Shown here: piece after piece, positions 36,873 through 48,049 of the stretch | Numbering within the stretch: the first letter of the stretch is position 1 | How the letters are laid out: each line of letters starts with the position of its first letter | IMG/VR virus record: IMGVR_UViG_3300022555_000043 | Coordinates: 11,398-75,397 of that record | Strand: one strand, 5' to 3' | DNA: 64,000 bases | DNA from: a virus | Lineage: Duplodnaviria; Caudoviricetes | Notes under the pieces: model-generated | Database searches by the model: none | What the model saw: the letters and a program-made list of their open reading frames with translations, nothing else | What the model was told of the DNA's origin: nothing | Translations under genes and position numbers: made by a program

Positions 36873-37880
36873 TTATTCCCCATTCCTCAATTTAGCATAT
36901 TCTAGGGCATCATCTAAACAGGGGAACGGAATCATCCTATGTTGTGTAGCATCAATTACAATTGCACCATCCTTATCTGCAGTGAAATAACTAAAACCTC
37001 GTTTTGCATAACCATCATTTTGTTTCAATGTACCCAGCACCATAAAGATTTGATACATGCCCCGTTCAAATGCAACCTCCATAGCAGGTATATGATAGTG
37101 CCCTTCAATGTAAATGTCTGCGTCGGATATTTCCTTTCTGGCTAATTGCTTTAATCCATGCGTCAAGTTCATTGTTGAATGCTGCGGTGTTTTGTGTGTG
37201 GCGACCATCTTGTATACTTGATCATTGAGTTTCAAAGTACACACGCCAATACCATTGAAATAAATCATACGCCTGTTCAGGAGCGTCTTCCCGGCATTCT
37301 TGCCAGAAACTCTCTCCTCAAAAGCCCCATGGTTCCCCCACGAAGCAAATAGCATTTTATCCATGACTTCTGCCAACCACGATTCCAAGAAAATATCCTG
37401 CTCTTCAGGACTCATTATTTGCTGCAGTACAGCCAATTGATTCTTGAAGGATACAAAGTTGTCGGTTTCATCCCCTATCAAACTGCCATACAAATAAGGA
37501 ATTTCTAAAAATAAATCTGTAAACTTCATAAAGGATTCATAATTTGTCCCTATCGACCCCAAGTGAAAATCAGACATAGGCTTGTACACTATACAAGGAT
37601 ATGTAGTTGACAATTCAATTGTAGCTTTATCTTGCGACCACGAAGCTTTTTCATGTAGTGCTTGGTGGTTCTGCAACATAGCACTCCATTTCCGCCAATC
37701 CACAAAACCTGTTTTCTTTGTACTCGCCACAACAGCAATTTTACTGCATTGTTTGAAAACCCGGAAATAACGATGCAATGTTTCATATGTAAGCATATAC
37801 TCTTTTAGAGTTTCTTCCTCGCTGTGTATTTTTGAAAATGCAACTATCTCTGCAATGCGTTCTTTACCTGTGGGCATCAT
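36873..37880 (-). CDS. calcineurin-like metallophosphoesterase
   Basis: SDFHLGS, GD, GNH and GHYH motifs. Confidence 0.8.
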   Translation of the reverse strand: MMPTGKERIAEIVAFSKIHSEEETLKEYMLTYETLHRYFRVFKQCSKIAVVASTKKTGFVDWRKWSAMLQNHQALHEKASWSQDKATIELSTTYPCIVYKPMSDFHLGSIGTNYESFMKFTDLFLEIPYLYGSLIGDETDNFVSFKNQLAVLQQIMSPEEQDIFLESWLAEVMDKMLFASWGNHGAFEERVSGKNAGKTLLNRRMIYFNGIGVCTLKLNDQVYKMVATHKTPQHSTMNLTHGLKQLARKEISDADIYIEGHYHIPAMEVAFERGMYQIFMVLGTLKQNDGYAKRGFSYFTADKDGAIVIDATQHRMIPFPCLDDALEYAKLRNGE

Positions 37881-37886
37881 AACTCC

Positions 37887-38369
37887 TTATGCAACTTCCA
37901 GTGTCACCGCTTCTGTACATAGTTTCGTCTCAATTATATATGCTAAGGCAATCACTTGTCTTGAAGTGTTATTCCCCACTCTCCCACAACCCAAGGTAGT
38001 ACGAGAAAATTCACTCCAATGCAAATCATAACCAGAATCGTCCACCAATACAGTCAATCCATGATCATAGCCCCCTTTATCATCCAACGCCCATAACTGA
38101 ACAAGCTGGTGGGCATCTGTCTTGATCTTAACTGGGGCAAATTCTGGATCGTTCGTGTATTCTATCTGAGTGATATTCCACTTTCCTTTGGGGAAAGGTC
38201 TAGGCATGTATGGGCCAGCATAAATCCCGCGAACTATCGCTTTCACCACTTCTTTTGGATCGTGTAATTTCCGCTGACCATTCAATTCGTTGCGTATTTT
38301 ATTGGTAACCAGAAAGGGAATATCATTGACAATGAGTATATCCTTATCTTGCTGCCAAAGTAAATTCAT
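37887..38369 (-). CDS. candidate endolysin of L,D-transpeptidase-like type
   Basis: LHWSEFSRTTLGCGRV resembles the YkuD/DUF5675 H...GC catalytic motif; lysis-block position. Confidence 0.45.
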   Translation of the reverse strand: MNLLWQQDKDILIVNDIPFLVTNKIRNELNGQRKLHDPKEVVKAIVRGIYAGPYMPRPFPKGKWNITQIEYTNDPEFAPVKIKTDAHQLVQLWALDDKGGYDHGLTVLVDDSGYDLHWSEFSRTTLGCGRVGNNTSRQVIALAYIIETKLCTEAVTLEVA

Positions 38370-38806
38370 ACAATCTTCCCAACGAACACACCCGCCAATG
38401 TAATCAATGCAACAAAAATGGTCACCAAATTCGTGCGACGAGCCTTCTTCATGTCATTTGCCATAGCCAACATTGTTAGTTGGAATTGTTTCTCCAATGC
38501 CATGTTAGCCTCCTTCTCTTTCTCTTTTTTATCTAATTCAGCCCGTAACGTCGCAACCAATTCGGCACCATAACAAGTGTCTCTACGTCCTTTATACATG
38601 TATTCCTGAAAATTCCTAGTGAAATCAGCAACGGATTCAGAAAGATTTTTCATATCCCCCCGCACCCCATTCCGACCCCTATCCCCAATCAAAATAAACT
38701 CAATACGCTTTATTTCTTGATTCATTGTAGTGAATTGATCATTATTACTTTTGCGATCCTGTTGAACTTGAGATTCCAGTGCTTGCACAGCTTCTTCGCA
38801 ATCCAT
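38366..38806 (-). CDS. coiled-coil protein with C-terminal TM (holin/antiholin-like)
   Basis: RRTNLVTIFVALITLAGVFVGKIV tail; ATGA coupling. Confidence 0.55.
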   Translation of the reverse strand: MDCEEAVQALESQVQQDRKSNNDQFTTMNQEIKRIEFILIGDRGRNGVRGDMKNLSESVADFTRNFQEYMYKGRRDTCYGAELVATLRAELDKKEKEKEANMALEKQFQLTMLAMANDMKKARRTNLVTIFVALITLAGVFVGKIV

Positions 38807-38882
38807 GTGGCACCTCTTCTATGTAAACGTTTTACCTTATTTTAGTGCTTTATTGCACAAATCGGGCCTCATAAAACAGGGT

Positions 38883-38912
38883 ATTATACCCACAAAACCC
38901 TGTAAAAGTCAA
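38883..38912 (-). promoter_or_regulatory. sigma70-type promoter for the lysis block
   Basis: TTGACT-N18-TATAAT on the minus strand. Confidence 0.6.
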
Positions 38913-38922
38913 TCCAAGACGA

Positions 38923-39069
38923 TCATGAATGATGTTTTTCCTTCTTCTCATGCTTGCCTGCTTCGCTCATAGCTATGGCAATTGCTTGCTTCCGAGGCTT
39001 CCCTTCATGAACAAGTTTGGAAATGTTTTTACTCACGGTCTTTTCACTCTTACCTTTGGATAATGACAT
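38923..39069 (-). CDS. small basic phage protein (48 aa)
   Basis: Hand translation [48 protein letters not shown]; GGAGG RBS. Confidence 0.75.
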   Translation of the reverse strand: MSLSKGKSEKTVSKNISKLVHEGKPRKQAIAIAMSEAGKHEKKEKHHS

Positions 39070-39088
39070 AATGGCCTCCTGTCTATTA

Positions 39089-42000
39089 TCACATAGATAC
39101 TGAAATGCGTCTTGATGTTCTTACCCCGCTAGTCGCTACCACAGTCAATAAAGTAATAGCATCTGTTATGCTGATCCCATAAAACGATATAGTGTTGCTT
39201 GCAGATCGCGCTATTTGAGACACGTTCACCAAATTATTCCCATTATACTGTCCCGTAGCCATCCTAACATCCCCAACATCAGGTAGATGCGTCGCAAAAA
39301 AAGCAAATATTTGGTCTTCCGTATATGTCCCATGTAGATTTGAAGGTAGTATACCATGCTTATGATATATCTCCTCACCGACAACAATACCATTTCTGAA
39401 ATATTGGTATCCATAATGGTTTGTGTACGAAGAAACCACAGAGAATTGTATTTTGTGTTCTGTAATATACGTACTTAAAGTCGCGGCAGGTATCGCATAA
39501 CTCCCACTTGTGTTGTTGATAAGATCAATATTCCAATCATTCATACCAGCCGTAACACCTATAGTGTAGTGGACATATCCACTATTATCTGTCCAACGAT
39601 CCAACCACCCTGTTAGATGTGTGTGTTCCCCGGGAAACGGGTATACAAATTCTGTCATTTCTGGTTGTCTGGCAACAGCATAAATTCGCAAATCTGTCGG
39701 CCCCGGAGAGGTTATAGGATAACTTGTGAATAATCCAAGCATGGTATCTAATTTTGTTTTTATACCAGAAGCTGTTTCCGTACTCAAATCAATATCATAT
39801 GTCGTCCCAGTTTGAGCTTTCCACAATGTCAAATTAGGTATTTCTATATCTGTATGGAATACTCCGAAACGAGATACAATTTCACCTGTAAGAGTCGCAT
39901 CTGTAAGTTCTGCCTTAGTTGCCTTAAATAATCCATTAGCTCCCTGCCAATAACCCAATCCAGAGGTGTTATTATCTGAACCGTCTTCGTTATATCTATC
40001 ACCACCATATATTGCCGCACCCACTTTAATATATTCAGCCATTAAAGAATTTATGAACGCTAAATTGGCCCCCAAAGTTTCAATATAAGTAACCCCAGTA
40101 CCCACATAAGCTTGTATTTTTTCAGAAGGGGTGCCCGAAGTGGGGAAATTATTATTTGCAAGAGCTGTCACATCTGCCCAAGCTTGCGCAATCATATATG
40201 ATTCGGGCGGGTATTGTTTTGTCCACGTACTCTCCACCATCTTATATATACCACACTGACCACTTATAGTAGCGTAAGCAACTACGGTATCCCCAACATT
40301 TCCCGCAGTAACATCCAAATCAGCATATGCTACGGGATTCCTATACACAGGGGCATACACGGGAATCTGCATAATAACATGTTCTGCCACACCCTGACGA
40401 ATTTTAGTAACGGTACACCGTAAAGTGCGGGAAGTATAATTATTCTTGCTAAAAGTAAACTCTAAATACCCCACATCTGTATCAATCCTAGTAATTGTAT
40501 ACGTGCTACCTATCAAAGTACCAGCCACATTTGATCCTATCACATCAATCACCCAATTACTCGTATCATTCGCGCCATTCAATAATACTTGGGCGGTAAT
40601 AAAAGCATCGGTCAAGATAGGATTGTTTCCATCATAATCTGATCGCACGCTGATAGCATACTTGTCCAACCCTATAGACACCACATCCGGGGTGGTGTCA
40701 GACATTGTTTTAGTAACCCCCGTACTTATTATAGATGCATAATTTATACTGTATCCCTTGCATCGATAAGTATAGTATCTTGTTTGTTCATCGTATATTT
40801 TCTGAACAACTATACACAAACAATCAATTATATCCCCAGCTTGTATCTGGATGAATGTTCCCAAAGCTACATCAACATCACTCTTAATTGTGTAGTAACT
40901 ACCACCAACAGAATGTTCCGCCATTAAACCCTTGGCAAATAAAGACGCTGATTCATTTGTATACAAATAGGCACTTTTATACTCGTCTATTTTCTTTGTC
41001 CCACTAACTGTTGTAACGACGATTTTTGAATCCGAGTCTTTGTACAGCACCGTACCACGAATATTCGCATAGTATATATAATGTCCTGAAGCCGTCACAT
41101 CCTGATTCTGCCACAATAATTGGGCTTTACGATTATAGTACTCTCCCGAGACAAGCGTTAAACCTGAGTAACTGGCTTCCAGCGCCCAATCAGAAGTGGC
41201 GACAATTGCGCTATAGTTGGATTTGAAAATACCCAGTGCTGTACGTGTATCGAAATCAAGTTTGTCCACGATACCCTTATTGGTCAACGCCTTAATTCCG
41301 TTTTCCGTATATTCCTGAAACACCACAGTACGCGCTGCGGTTTCGTCGTCAATAACATTGGCTTCTATGGGATAGTAGTATCCTGACGGCACCCAATAAC
41401 CAAGATATGTCCCATCAGAATTATAAGGCAAATTTTCCCGATAAAGGAGAACCCCCGACATTGTAGACAAATGATTATAAATGACTCGGACTCCCTCATA
41501 AACAGGGAGTACCTCTTCGGTTTCAACACCGATCAAACAATTGGTGTCATCGAAAACCTGTGTGGGTGTTGCAGAAACATCCAGCCATTTGATGGGGGAA
41601 ATTTTGTCCTCATTATTCATATGCAGACAATACCCATTCTCATACAGAAGAGTGTCCAACTGAGCAAGAATGGAAGAGGATGAGAAGTTATTGGAGAACC
41701 CAGAAAACGTAGTCAAGATAGAAACCGTATCATCAACATCTGCGTCAGTCTTCCCAGCCAAATATGCCAACTGGTGTACCAACGACAATGCTTTGTTCGC
41801 AGGATTCATAATATAACAATCACGGAGTACAAATTCTGTGGGATCGGTGTCTTTATCGAAATCAACATCTAAATCTTTTATTGAATCGGTAGCTTCCACA
41901 GCTACTTGCAAAGAGGATATTTTGCCATCAAACGAATATTTCGGACGCTCAACTATCTTTCCTTGGAACATTTGGGTGGTATCGTTCATGATTTTGACTT

Positions 42001-42577
42001 TTAAATTAGAAGTAACCACCATTCTATCGAAATTGGAAACCCACGATCCATTTCCTACATACAACTTTTTCCACGTAAGATTGACCCGGGCATCCCATAT
42101 AAAACCTAACCCAGTATATGTTTCGGGATTGTTTACTATGAAAGTAGCGATGGATTCCCCACCAGCCAATGCAGATACTCCAATAACTTCGAAAGAATTG
42201 TCGGCTTTCTCCCCAACCAACGCCACTTGTGTGGTTCCTGTTGCCACAGCTTTAAGCCGAATCATGTATTCCTGATTACCTGAAATAGTGACAAAATCCC
42301 GTTTATAAACACCACCTCGTAAGGACGTAGCTATGGATTCCGACAAAGTTTGTGTCCAACCATCTTCAGTAGCCCAATCGTCAATATAGTAATATTGGCC
42401 TGCAGGATCATCAGGGATTTCGGGCATGTCTTGCACAAAAACTGTGAAATTAGCCACATTTTGCGCATAGCGATATGTATCAGAACACATGCGTTCAGTG
42501 ATCACTATATCATCGCGTACATACGTTGTCGCGTCTTCCCATCCCAACCCATAATCGAAGTATATCTTTCGACTCAT
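39089..42577 (-). CDS. tail-tip hub / host-specificity protein
   Basis: 1162 aa directly after the TMP; hub-like MFQGKIV...[10 protein letters not shown] region; beta-rich C-terminal domains. Confidence 0.75.
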   Translation of the reverse strand: MSRKIYFDYGLGWEDATTYVRDDIVITERMCSDTYRYAQNVANFTVFVQDMPEIPDDPAGQYYYIDDWATEDGWTQTLSESIATSLRGGVYKRDFVTISGNQEYMIRLKAVATGTTQVALVGEKADNSFEVIGVSALAGGESIATFIVNNPETYTGLGFIWDARVNLTWKKLYVGNGSWVSNFDRMVVTSNLKVKIMNDTTQMFQGKIVERPKYSFDGKISSLQVAVEATDSIKDLDVDFDKDTDPTEFVLRDCYIMNPANKALSLVHQLAYLAGKTDADVDDTVSILTTFSGFSNNFSSSSILAQLDTLLYENGYCLHMNNEDKISPIKWLDVSATPTQVFDDTNCLIGVETEEVLPVYEGVRVIYNHLSTMSGVLLYRENLPYNSDGTYLGYWVPSGYYYPIEANVIDDETAARTVVFQEYTENGIKALTNKGIVDKLDFDTRTALGIFKSNYSAIVATSDWALEASYSGLTLVSGEYYNRKAQLLWQNQDVTASGHYIYYANIRGTVLYKDSDSKIVVTTVSGTKKIDEYKSAYLYTNESASLFAKGLMAEHSVGGSYYTIKSDVDVALGTFIQIQAGDIIDCLCIVVQKIYDEQTRYYTYRCKGYSINYASIISTGVTKTMSDTTPDVVSIGLDKYAISVRSDYDGNNPILTDAFITAQVLLNGANDTSNWVIDVIGSNVAGTLIGSTYTITRIDTDVGYLEFTFSKNNYTSRTLRCTVTKIRQGVAEHVIMQIPVYAPVYRNPVAYADLDVTAGNVGDTVVAYATISGQCGIYKMVESTWTKQYPPESYMIAQAWADVTALANNNFPTSGTPSEKIQAYVGTGVTYIETLGANLAFINSLMAEYIKVGAAIYGGDRYNEDGSDNNTSGLGYWQGANGLFKATKAELTDATLTGEIVSRFGVFHTDIEIPNLTLWKAQTGTTYDIDLSTETASGIKTKLDTMLGLFTSYPITSPGPTDLRIYAVARQPEMTEFVYPFPGEHTHLTGWLDRWTDNSGYVHYTIGVTAGMNDWNIDLINNTSGSYAIPAATLSTYITEHKIQFSVVSSYTNHYGYQYFRNGIVVGEEIYHKHGILPSNLHGTYTEDQIFAFFATHLPDVGDVRMATGQYNGNNLVNVSQIARSASNTISFYGISITDAITLLTVVATSGVRTSRRISVSM

Positions 42578-45500
42578 GTTACATACCCCCGCACTTTCCG
42601 CTTTTGCAGATTCTTATGTATGGTATCAGCCAAATCATTCTCAGAAGTCACACTACCGTACACGTTAATGATGATCGGTTGCGCAGTACCTCCTGTAGCC
42701 CCATTACCACTCATGACCAAATCTCCGCTTCTCAACGAATCTGCAAATGTCTTAGGAACAACAATCTCTCCCTTATGGAGATTAGCTGGCATATCTGAAG
42801 GTATGTTTCCAGCACCGATAGCAAGTCCAGGGCTGCCCTCCCCCCAACCCCCAGGACTCTCAAAACCCGTATAAGGAGTAGCCTCCGAAGTAGGAGGTGC
42901 CGTGGGCGTCGCAGTGCCCATTGCCGACAAAATACTGTCTATCTGACCCTGTATATTCTGCAAAGCTAATGTGGCCGCAGAATCATTCATCACCAATCCG
43001 AACGAAGTAAGTATAGCTTGCTTCTGTGCATCAGTATAGGCTATCACAGCCCCCGTGGTCTTGTCAATGATGCCTTGAGTCAAGGAATCCTGCAAAGCCA
43101 CCAATGTTTGAATACGTGTAGCCAAGTCAGAAACACTTGTCAAAGCCTTGTCTGCTGCGGAAACCAACTTATCCTGCCCGGGAATCTGTGCGTTGGCTTC
43201 CTTAACCTTCGCCGCATATTCCGTAGCATTGATCAACCCCGCCTCATACATATCCTTGTATGTGGTCAGTTGCTTATCAACCTCTTCCTTTAATTTGGCA
43301 TTGAGATATGCAATAGTGTCCGTCAGCGAACTCTGCCCCGTCGCCAATGTCTTAGCGTTTTCTGTAACCTGTTTCACAGTCTGCAGGTGATCAATGTATG
43401 CCAGATTCATGAACGGCAACAGATTGATAATCTTGAACAACCCATTGATCAGGTCTATGATGCCATTACCAACAGGAACAAACACAGAATCGTGTAACCA
43501 ATTAAACACCACACCAATTAAGCGAATTGCAGGAAGTAACAAGGAACCCATTATTTGCCCCGTCTGAGTAAGGATATCCACTAACGGTTTCAAAGCGCCA
43601 TTAAGCGCGGGGCCAACTACAGACATAACTCCCTGCAACATGGTACTCATGGGATTCATCAGCTTATTCACGTTGTCCACAGCAGCGATCAATCCTGCAA
43701 AAGAATTCACAGACGGGCCGATAGAAGCCAACAACCCTTGAAGAGTGGACACCCCCCCACCACCTTCAGCTTTACTTGCCGTAGCTGCGGCAAAACGACC
43801 TACTTCAGTACCCTTCATAGCATACTTGGCGACATCAGCAAAAGTTCCCAACTGAGCATCTGCCGCAGCAACACCCGCCCCGAAACTTTGCAAACTAGCC
43901 GAAGTCTGAGTCTGTACACTTACCTGAGTTTGTAATTGCTGAGTGTATTCCTGAATGGCCCCGGTCAAAACATCACTATACTTAAGTAATGCCGACTCGC
44001 CATAGGATTGGGTAGAACCGTTGGATGGAAGTCCCGCATTGAAACTTGCTTGCGCTGACGGTTCCCAAGCAGCCCCTTCACCATATCCACGCATATTCTT
44101 TAGAACATGGTTTGGAACAACCGTTTCCCCACCTTGCATGTACACAAGTTCCGGGCCTTTTTCACCAACCAGAGCAACACCTTTCTTCGCACCTTGTGTT
44201 CCAGAAACGTAACCACCAATTTGTGCATACTTTTCCAAAACTTGCCCAACATAGGAAGCAGGATTTGTAACATACGCATCCAAGGCAAGACCAGCAACAC
44301 CCAATTTACTTCTGGCCGTCAATAAAGCTTCCAACGTCCCGGGAACCGAAGCCTCCATTCTGGCGAACATGGGAGCCTTGTCCTTATATTGCTTCGCAAA
44401 TTTTGCATATATTGGGGACGATATGACATTGTTAAGAGGTTGAGTTTGCGCCGAAACGAACGTGCTTCCGAAAATACTGTCCAACAATCCCTGCGGTTTC
44501 TGTAAAGCCTTCACTGCCCCAAGTAAAGCACCCTTTGACCAATTACCAACTGTGGACAAAAGACCAATACCCCACTGCACGGGTTTCGTGAACATAGCCA
44601 ATTTGGTGCCCAAATGTCCCGCAATATCATACGTGTTCAGCCGACCCAAAAGCGCCGCCACATCATTTTCTGTGGAAGCGTTCTTCAAGAAATTGATGAT
44701 GTCGGAATTAGAAAGAGCCGAGGCACCTACCGTACCATCTTCATATCCCTGAATATGCTTCAGAGCATAATTGGGAATGACTGTCTCCCCCCCGCGCATG
44801 TATACAAGTTCTGGGCCTTTCTCTCCTACAAGTGCAACACCCTTCTTAGCCCCCTGTGTTCCTGAAGCATACCCGGACATACCTAATGCCGTAGCAGCCT
44901 TCAGAGTCAGCTTGCTCCAATAAGCCTCGTTCCCCGATCCTTCAAGGAACTGTTTCGCCTTGGTCAACGCTATCTGGTCTTGCAAATTTTTCCGTTCCAA
45001 ATCACCAGTCTTCACAGCCCAGTTATATTGTTGCTGGGCACCCGCCGACTGCTCATTGTTCAGGTCTATGGCAACTTGTATCTGTGCAAGCTTGGCATTC
45101 AACTCCAAATCAAACAACGCCAGCTTGTTCTCTTCAATCGCGTATTCATCTTGACTCAATACCAACTTGGCGTATTCCAATGCATAGGTCTTTAAAGCAG
45201 CCAGATTTTCACGTTTCACCGTATCATTGATTTTTGCTATGTTGAAATTATATATCTGTTCCAACAACTTCTTGTAGGCATCTATCTGCTCTTTAGTAAG
45301 AGGCGCTCCAAACAAAGCCTTGCCCATGTCTTTTTCTATTGCGTCTATAGTTGTCTTGTATTCGGCAGTGAGTTTTTGCAATTCAGAAGGATTGAATCCA
45401 AGCAAGGAATTTGTAGTAATCTGATCCTGCAATTTCAGCATAGCATCTTGATACTTCTCAATAGCCTTAGTTAAATCGGCAAGCGCTTGTTTTTCCTTAT

Positions 45501-48048
45501 CAATCCGGGCTAATTCAGTAACAATCGCCTTTAGGCGATCCACCAACACATCATAGGCACCCGTGTCTCTCGGGCTTATATCCTTATCTAACATCTCATT
45601 ATACAACCCAATCTCTTTGTCCATTTCCTTTTCCAATGCTTGACGATTCGAATCATCAGTCCATTTTTGCCCAATAGCAGTCGCAAGCTTTTTATCGGAC
45701 ACCATCTTCTTCTCGAAACTATCAATATACAGTCGGGCAGCATCCTTGCCCATGACATCGTATCCAGAAATATACTGATAAGGAACCATTATACCACTTG
45801 CATTACGATACTGAGCTTCTTTATAAAGAGCCGTGCTAAACGCTGCGGCGTCCAATCCAGCATACTCAGTGAAAATATTCATCAAGTCGGTAGGGGACGC
45901 ATTAGGAACCTTTACCCCTTCTGCCTTGGTTCTAGCCGCATACATATCCATATACTCTTGAGCCTTCCTAAGAGTACCAGTAAGTTTAGCGGAGAATGTC
46001 TTCGAATCTTCCAACATAGTCAAAACAGCGTCAGCTTCCAGATCGTACTTCTTAGCCACCGACTGCACAAAACTCATATACACCGCTGTTGTTTGCATTC
46101 CGACATCTTGCATTTTGGCAGTTGCCTTACCTTGCAAAACATCCTCAATACTGACGCCACTATATTTGAAAGTCTTCTCCGCTTCCTTAACTACTGTACC
46201 TTGGGCCACGGCACGATCAGTTTTAATCAACTCCATCTTCTTTCGGTTTGCTTCATCAAATCCCTTGATTATCACAGGTACCAACGCCACAATTGCAGTA
46301 AGCGCCAACAACAAAGGATTAGACGCAATAGAAACAAACAAAGCTTTCAAGGATGTCGCTAAAGTAGCCGCAGAGAAAGTCGCCACTGTCATGGAAGTTC
46401 CAGCCAATAACGCCGCCTGAGATGCAGCCGCAAAAGTTGCCGCTAACACACCCACAGAGTTTTTCAACAAATTGAATATGGGAACCGCAATCTTATATGT
46501 CAACATAATCGACAGAATAATCTGAAGCGGTATGCGCCACGCAATAAGGAATTGCGCAACCCCAATCAAAGCCTCAACCAACAACCCCAAATTCTGAGCC
46601 ATAGACTGCACAAACTGTGCAAATGCAGGGGAGGAAACCATGAGGATCAATTCATCGACCACTCTCTTCACATTATCGAATACACGACCCAGCAATTCCC
46701 CACCAAATTTCTGCATAATATCATTAAGCATGGACATCTTTCCTTCAAGGGTGCCCATCCACTTTTCGAGCATCCCATCAAAACGTCCACCAGAACTTGT
46801 CATGTTAATGAATGCTTTTTCAACTTCGGCAAAACCAATTCGTCCGTCAGCAGCCAACTTCTGAATCTTGGTGCTGCTAACCCCCATCACCTTCGCCAAT
46901 TCCTCATAAATAGGAATACCGCGCATACCGAACTGCATCAAGTCTCTGCTGTATGCGCGACCCTGAGAGCGCAGAGTACCATACACATAAGCCATATCCT
47001 GCATCGAAGAACCAACAGCCTTTCCAACCGTACCCAGCAATTCCATGGTATCCACCAATTCACTGGCTTGGAAACCATAAGCCATCAATTGCTTGGAAGC
47101 TTCCGCAGTCTCTCGGAAAGTCAAAGGACTCTTAACAGCGAAATCATACATGTCCTGCATGAGATTCTTAGCACCAGTGGCACTATTCATCATGACTGTA
47201 AATGCCGTAGTGCTTTCTTCCACGAATTTATTGAATCCCATACCCGTTTCAACAATATTCCGTATCATAGACACAACAGCGAACAAACCCAAATATTGGC
47301 GAACAATGAATCCTAACTGCGCCCCCAAATTGGTATAATGCTGGAACATGCGTGAAGCATTGGACTGCTCCAATTCAGAGGAGCGACGGGTGACTTCTTC
47401 CGCTTGTTTTTTTGCAGCGTTTACCTTCGCTTCTGCATTGATACGTGTACGGGCGGTTTTCTCTGTTTCTTCCGCATAGAGTAATTCAGCTAACCGCATC
47501 TTCTCAGCGTTAGTGGTGCCTTGGGCATTCATCAAGTTTTGAATGACTGCTGTTCTTGCCAAGGCTGCCTGTTTTTCGTTTTCCGATATCAAGAACATAG
47601 CTGTCCACTTGGTTTCTTGCATGGACTTGGCATTCTCAGCGCTAATGACAGAAGCAATAGCTTGGGATTCCATAGCCATCGCTTTCTGTACTTCTGCGGT
47701 GTATTTCTGAAGAACATCACTGTGGCGTAACTGCGCCAGAGACAGTTTATTTGTGGACTCTACATTACGAGCGTTTTGCAGGGCAAGTTTAGCTTCGCTC
47801 AACTGCACCTGATCCACTGTCTTAGCATGGGAAGCCATCACAGCTTGGGCACTATTGAAACTAGCGGCCATCTTGTCGAGAGCCGGGGCAATATTGCCTA
47901 TAATCGCTTGAACCTTATCCGTCTGTCCTGCGAGGGTACTGATGAACTTATTGGTAGCAGATTGGCATTCCTGAATACCTTTAAGATAAGCGGCATTGTC
48001 GGCTATAAATCGTACAATTACTTGTTCAGCAACAGACTCACCAGCCAT
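42574..48048 (-). CDS. tape measure protein
   Basis: 1824 aa, Ala-rich and helical; tape-measure domain FAVKSPLTFRE...KQLMAYGF; GEKGPELV motifs; follows the tail chaperones. Confidence 0.92.
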   Translation of the reverse strand: MAGESVAEQVIVRFIADNAAYLKGIQECQSATNKFISTLAGQTDKVQAIIGNIAPALDKMAASFNSAQAVMASHAKTVDQVQLSEAKLALQNARNVESTNKLSLAQLRHSDVLQKYTAEVQKAMAMESQAIASVISAENAKSMQETKWTAMFLISENEKQAALARTAVIQNLMNAQGTTNAEKMRLAELLYAEETEKTARTRINAEAKVNAAKKQAEEVTRRSSELEQSNASRMFQHYTNLGAQLGFIVRQYLGLFAVVSMIRNIVETGMGFNKFVEESTTAFTVMMNSATGAKNLMQDMYDFAVKSPLTFRETAEASKQLMAYGFQASELVDTMELLGTVGKAVGSSMQDMAYVYGTLRSQGRAYSRDLMQFGMRGIPIYEELAKVMGVSSTKIQKLAADGRIGFAEVEKAFINMTSSGGRFDGMLEKWMGTLEGKMSMLNDIMQKFGGELLGRVFDNVKRVVDELILMVSSPAFAQFVQSMAQNLGLLVEALIGVAQFLIAWRIPLQIILSIMLTYKIAVPIFNLLKNSVGVLAATFAAASQAALLAGTSMTVATFSAATLATSLKALFVSIASNPLLLALTAIVALVPVIIKGFDEANRKKMELIKTDRAVAQGTVVKEAEKTFKYSGVSIEDVLQGKATAKMQDVGMQTTAVYMSFVQSVAKKYDLEADAVLTMLEDSKTFSAKLTGTLRKAQEYMDMYAARTKAEGVKVPNASPTDLMNIFTEYAGLDAAAFSTALYKEAQYRNASGIMVPYQYISGYDVMGKDAARLYIDSFEKKMVSDKKLATAIGQKWTDDSNRQALEKEMDKEIGLYNEMLDKDISPRDTGAYDVLVDRLKAIVTELARIDKEKQALADLTKAIEKYQDAMLKLQDQITTNSLLGFNPSELQKLTAEYKTTIDAIEKDMGKALFGAPLTKEQIDAYKKLLEQIYNFNIAKINDTVKRENLAALKTYALEYAKLVLSQDEYAIEENKLALFDLELNAKLAQIQVAIDLNNEQSAGAQQQYNWAVKTGDLERKNLQDQIALTKAKQFLEGSGNEAYWSKLTLKAATALGMSGYASGTQGAKKGVALVGEKGPELVYMRGGETVIPNYALKHIQGYEDGTVGASALSNSDIINFLKNASTENDVAALLGRLNTYDIAGHLGTKLAMFTKPVQWGIGLLSTVGNWSKGALLGAVKALQKPQGLLDSIFGSTFVSAQTQPLNNVISSPIYAKFAKQYKDKAPMFARMEASVPGTLEALLTARSKLGVAGLALDAYVTNPASYVGQVLEKYAQIGGYVSGTQGAKKGVALVGEKGPELVYMQGGETVVPNHVLKNMRGYGEGAAWEPSAQASFNAGLPSNGSTQSYGESALLKYSDVLTGAIQEYTQQLQTQVSVQTQTSASLQSFGAGVAAADAQLGTFADVAKYAMKGTEVGRFAAATASKAEGGGGVSTLQGLLASIGPSVNSFAGLIAAVDNVNKLMNPMSTMLQGVMSVVGPALNGALKPLVDILTQTGQIMGSLLLPAIRLIGVVFNWLHDSVFVPVGNGIIDLINGLFKIINLLPFMNLAYIDHLQTVKQVTENAKTLATGQSSLTDTIAYLNAKLKEEVDKQLTTYKDMYEAGLINATEYAAKVKEANAQIPGQDKLVSAADKALTSVSDLATRIQTLVALQDSLTQGIIDKTTGAVIAYTDAQKQAILTSFGLVMNDSAATLALQNIQGQIDSILSAMGTATPTAPPTSEATPYTGFESPGGWGEGSPGLAIGAGNIPSDMPANLHKGEIVVPKTFADSLRSGDLVMSGNGATGGTAQPIIINVYGSVTSENDLADTIHKNLQKRKVRGYVT

Positions 48049-48049
48049 A

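Noticed and set aside
34044-42577. Diversity-generating retroelement acting on tail genes
   Set aside because: There is no reverse transcriptase, and the fibre repeats are tandem and in-frame rather than a TR/VR pair with adenine-specific differences.
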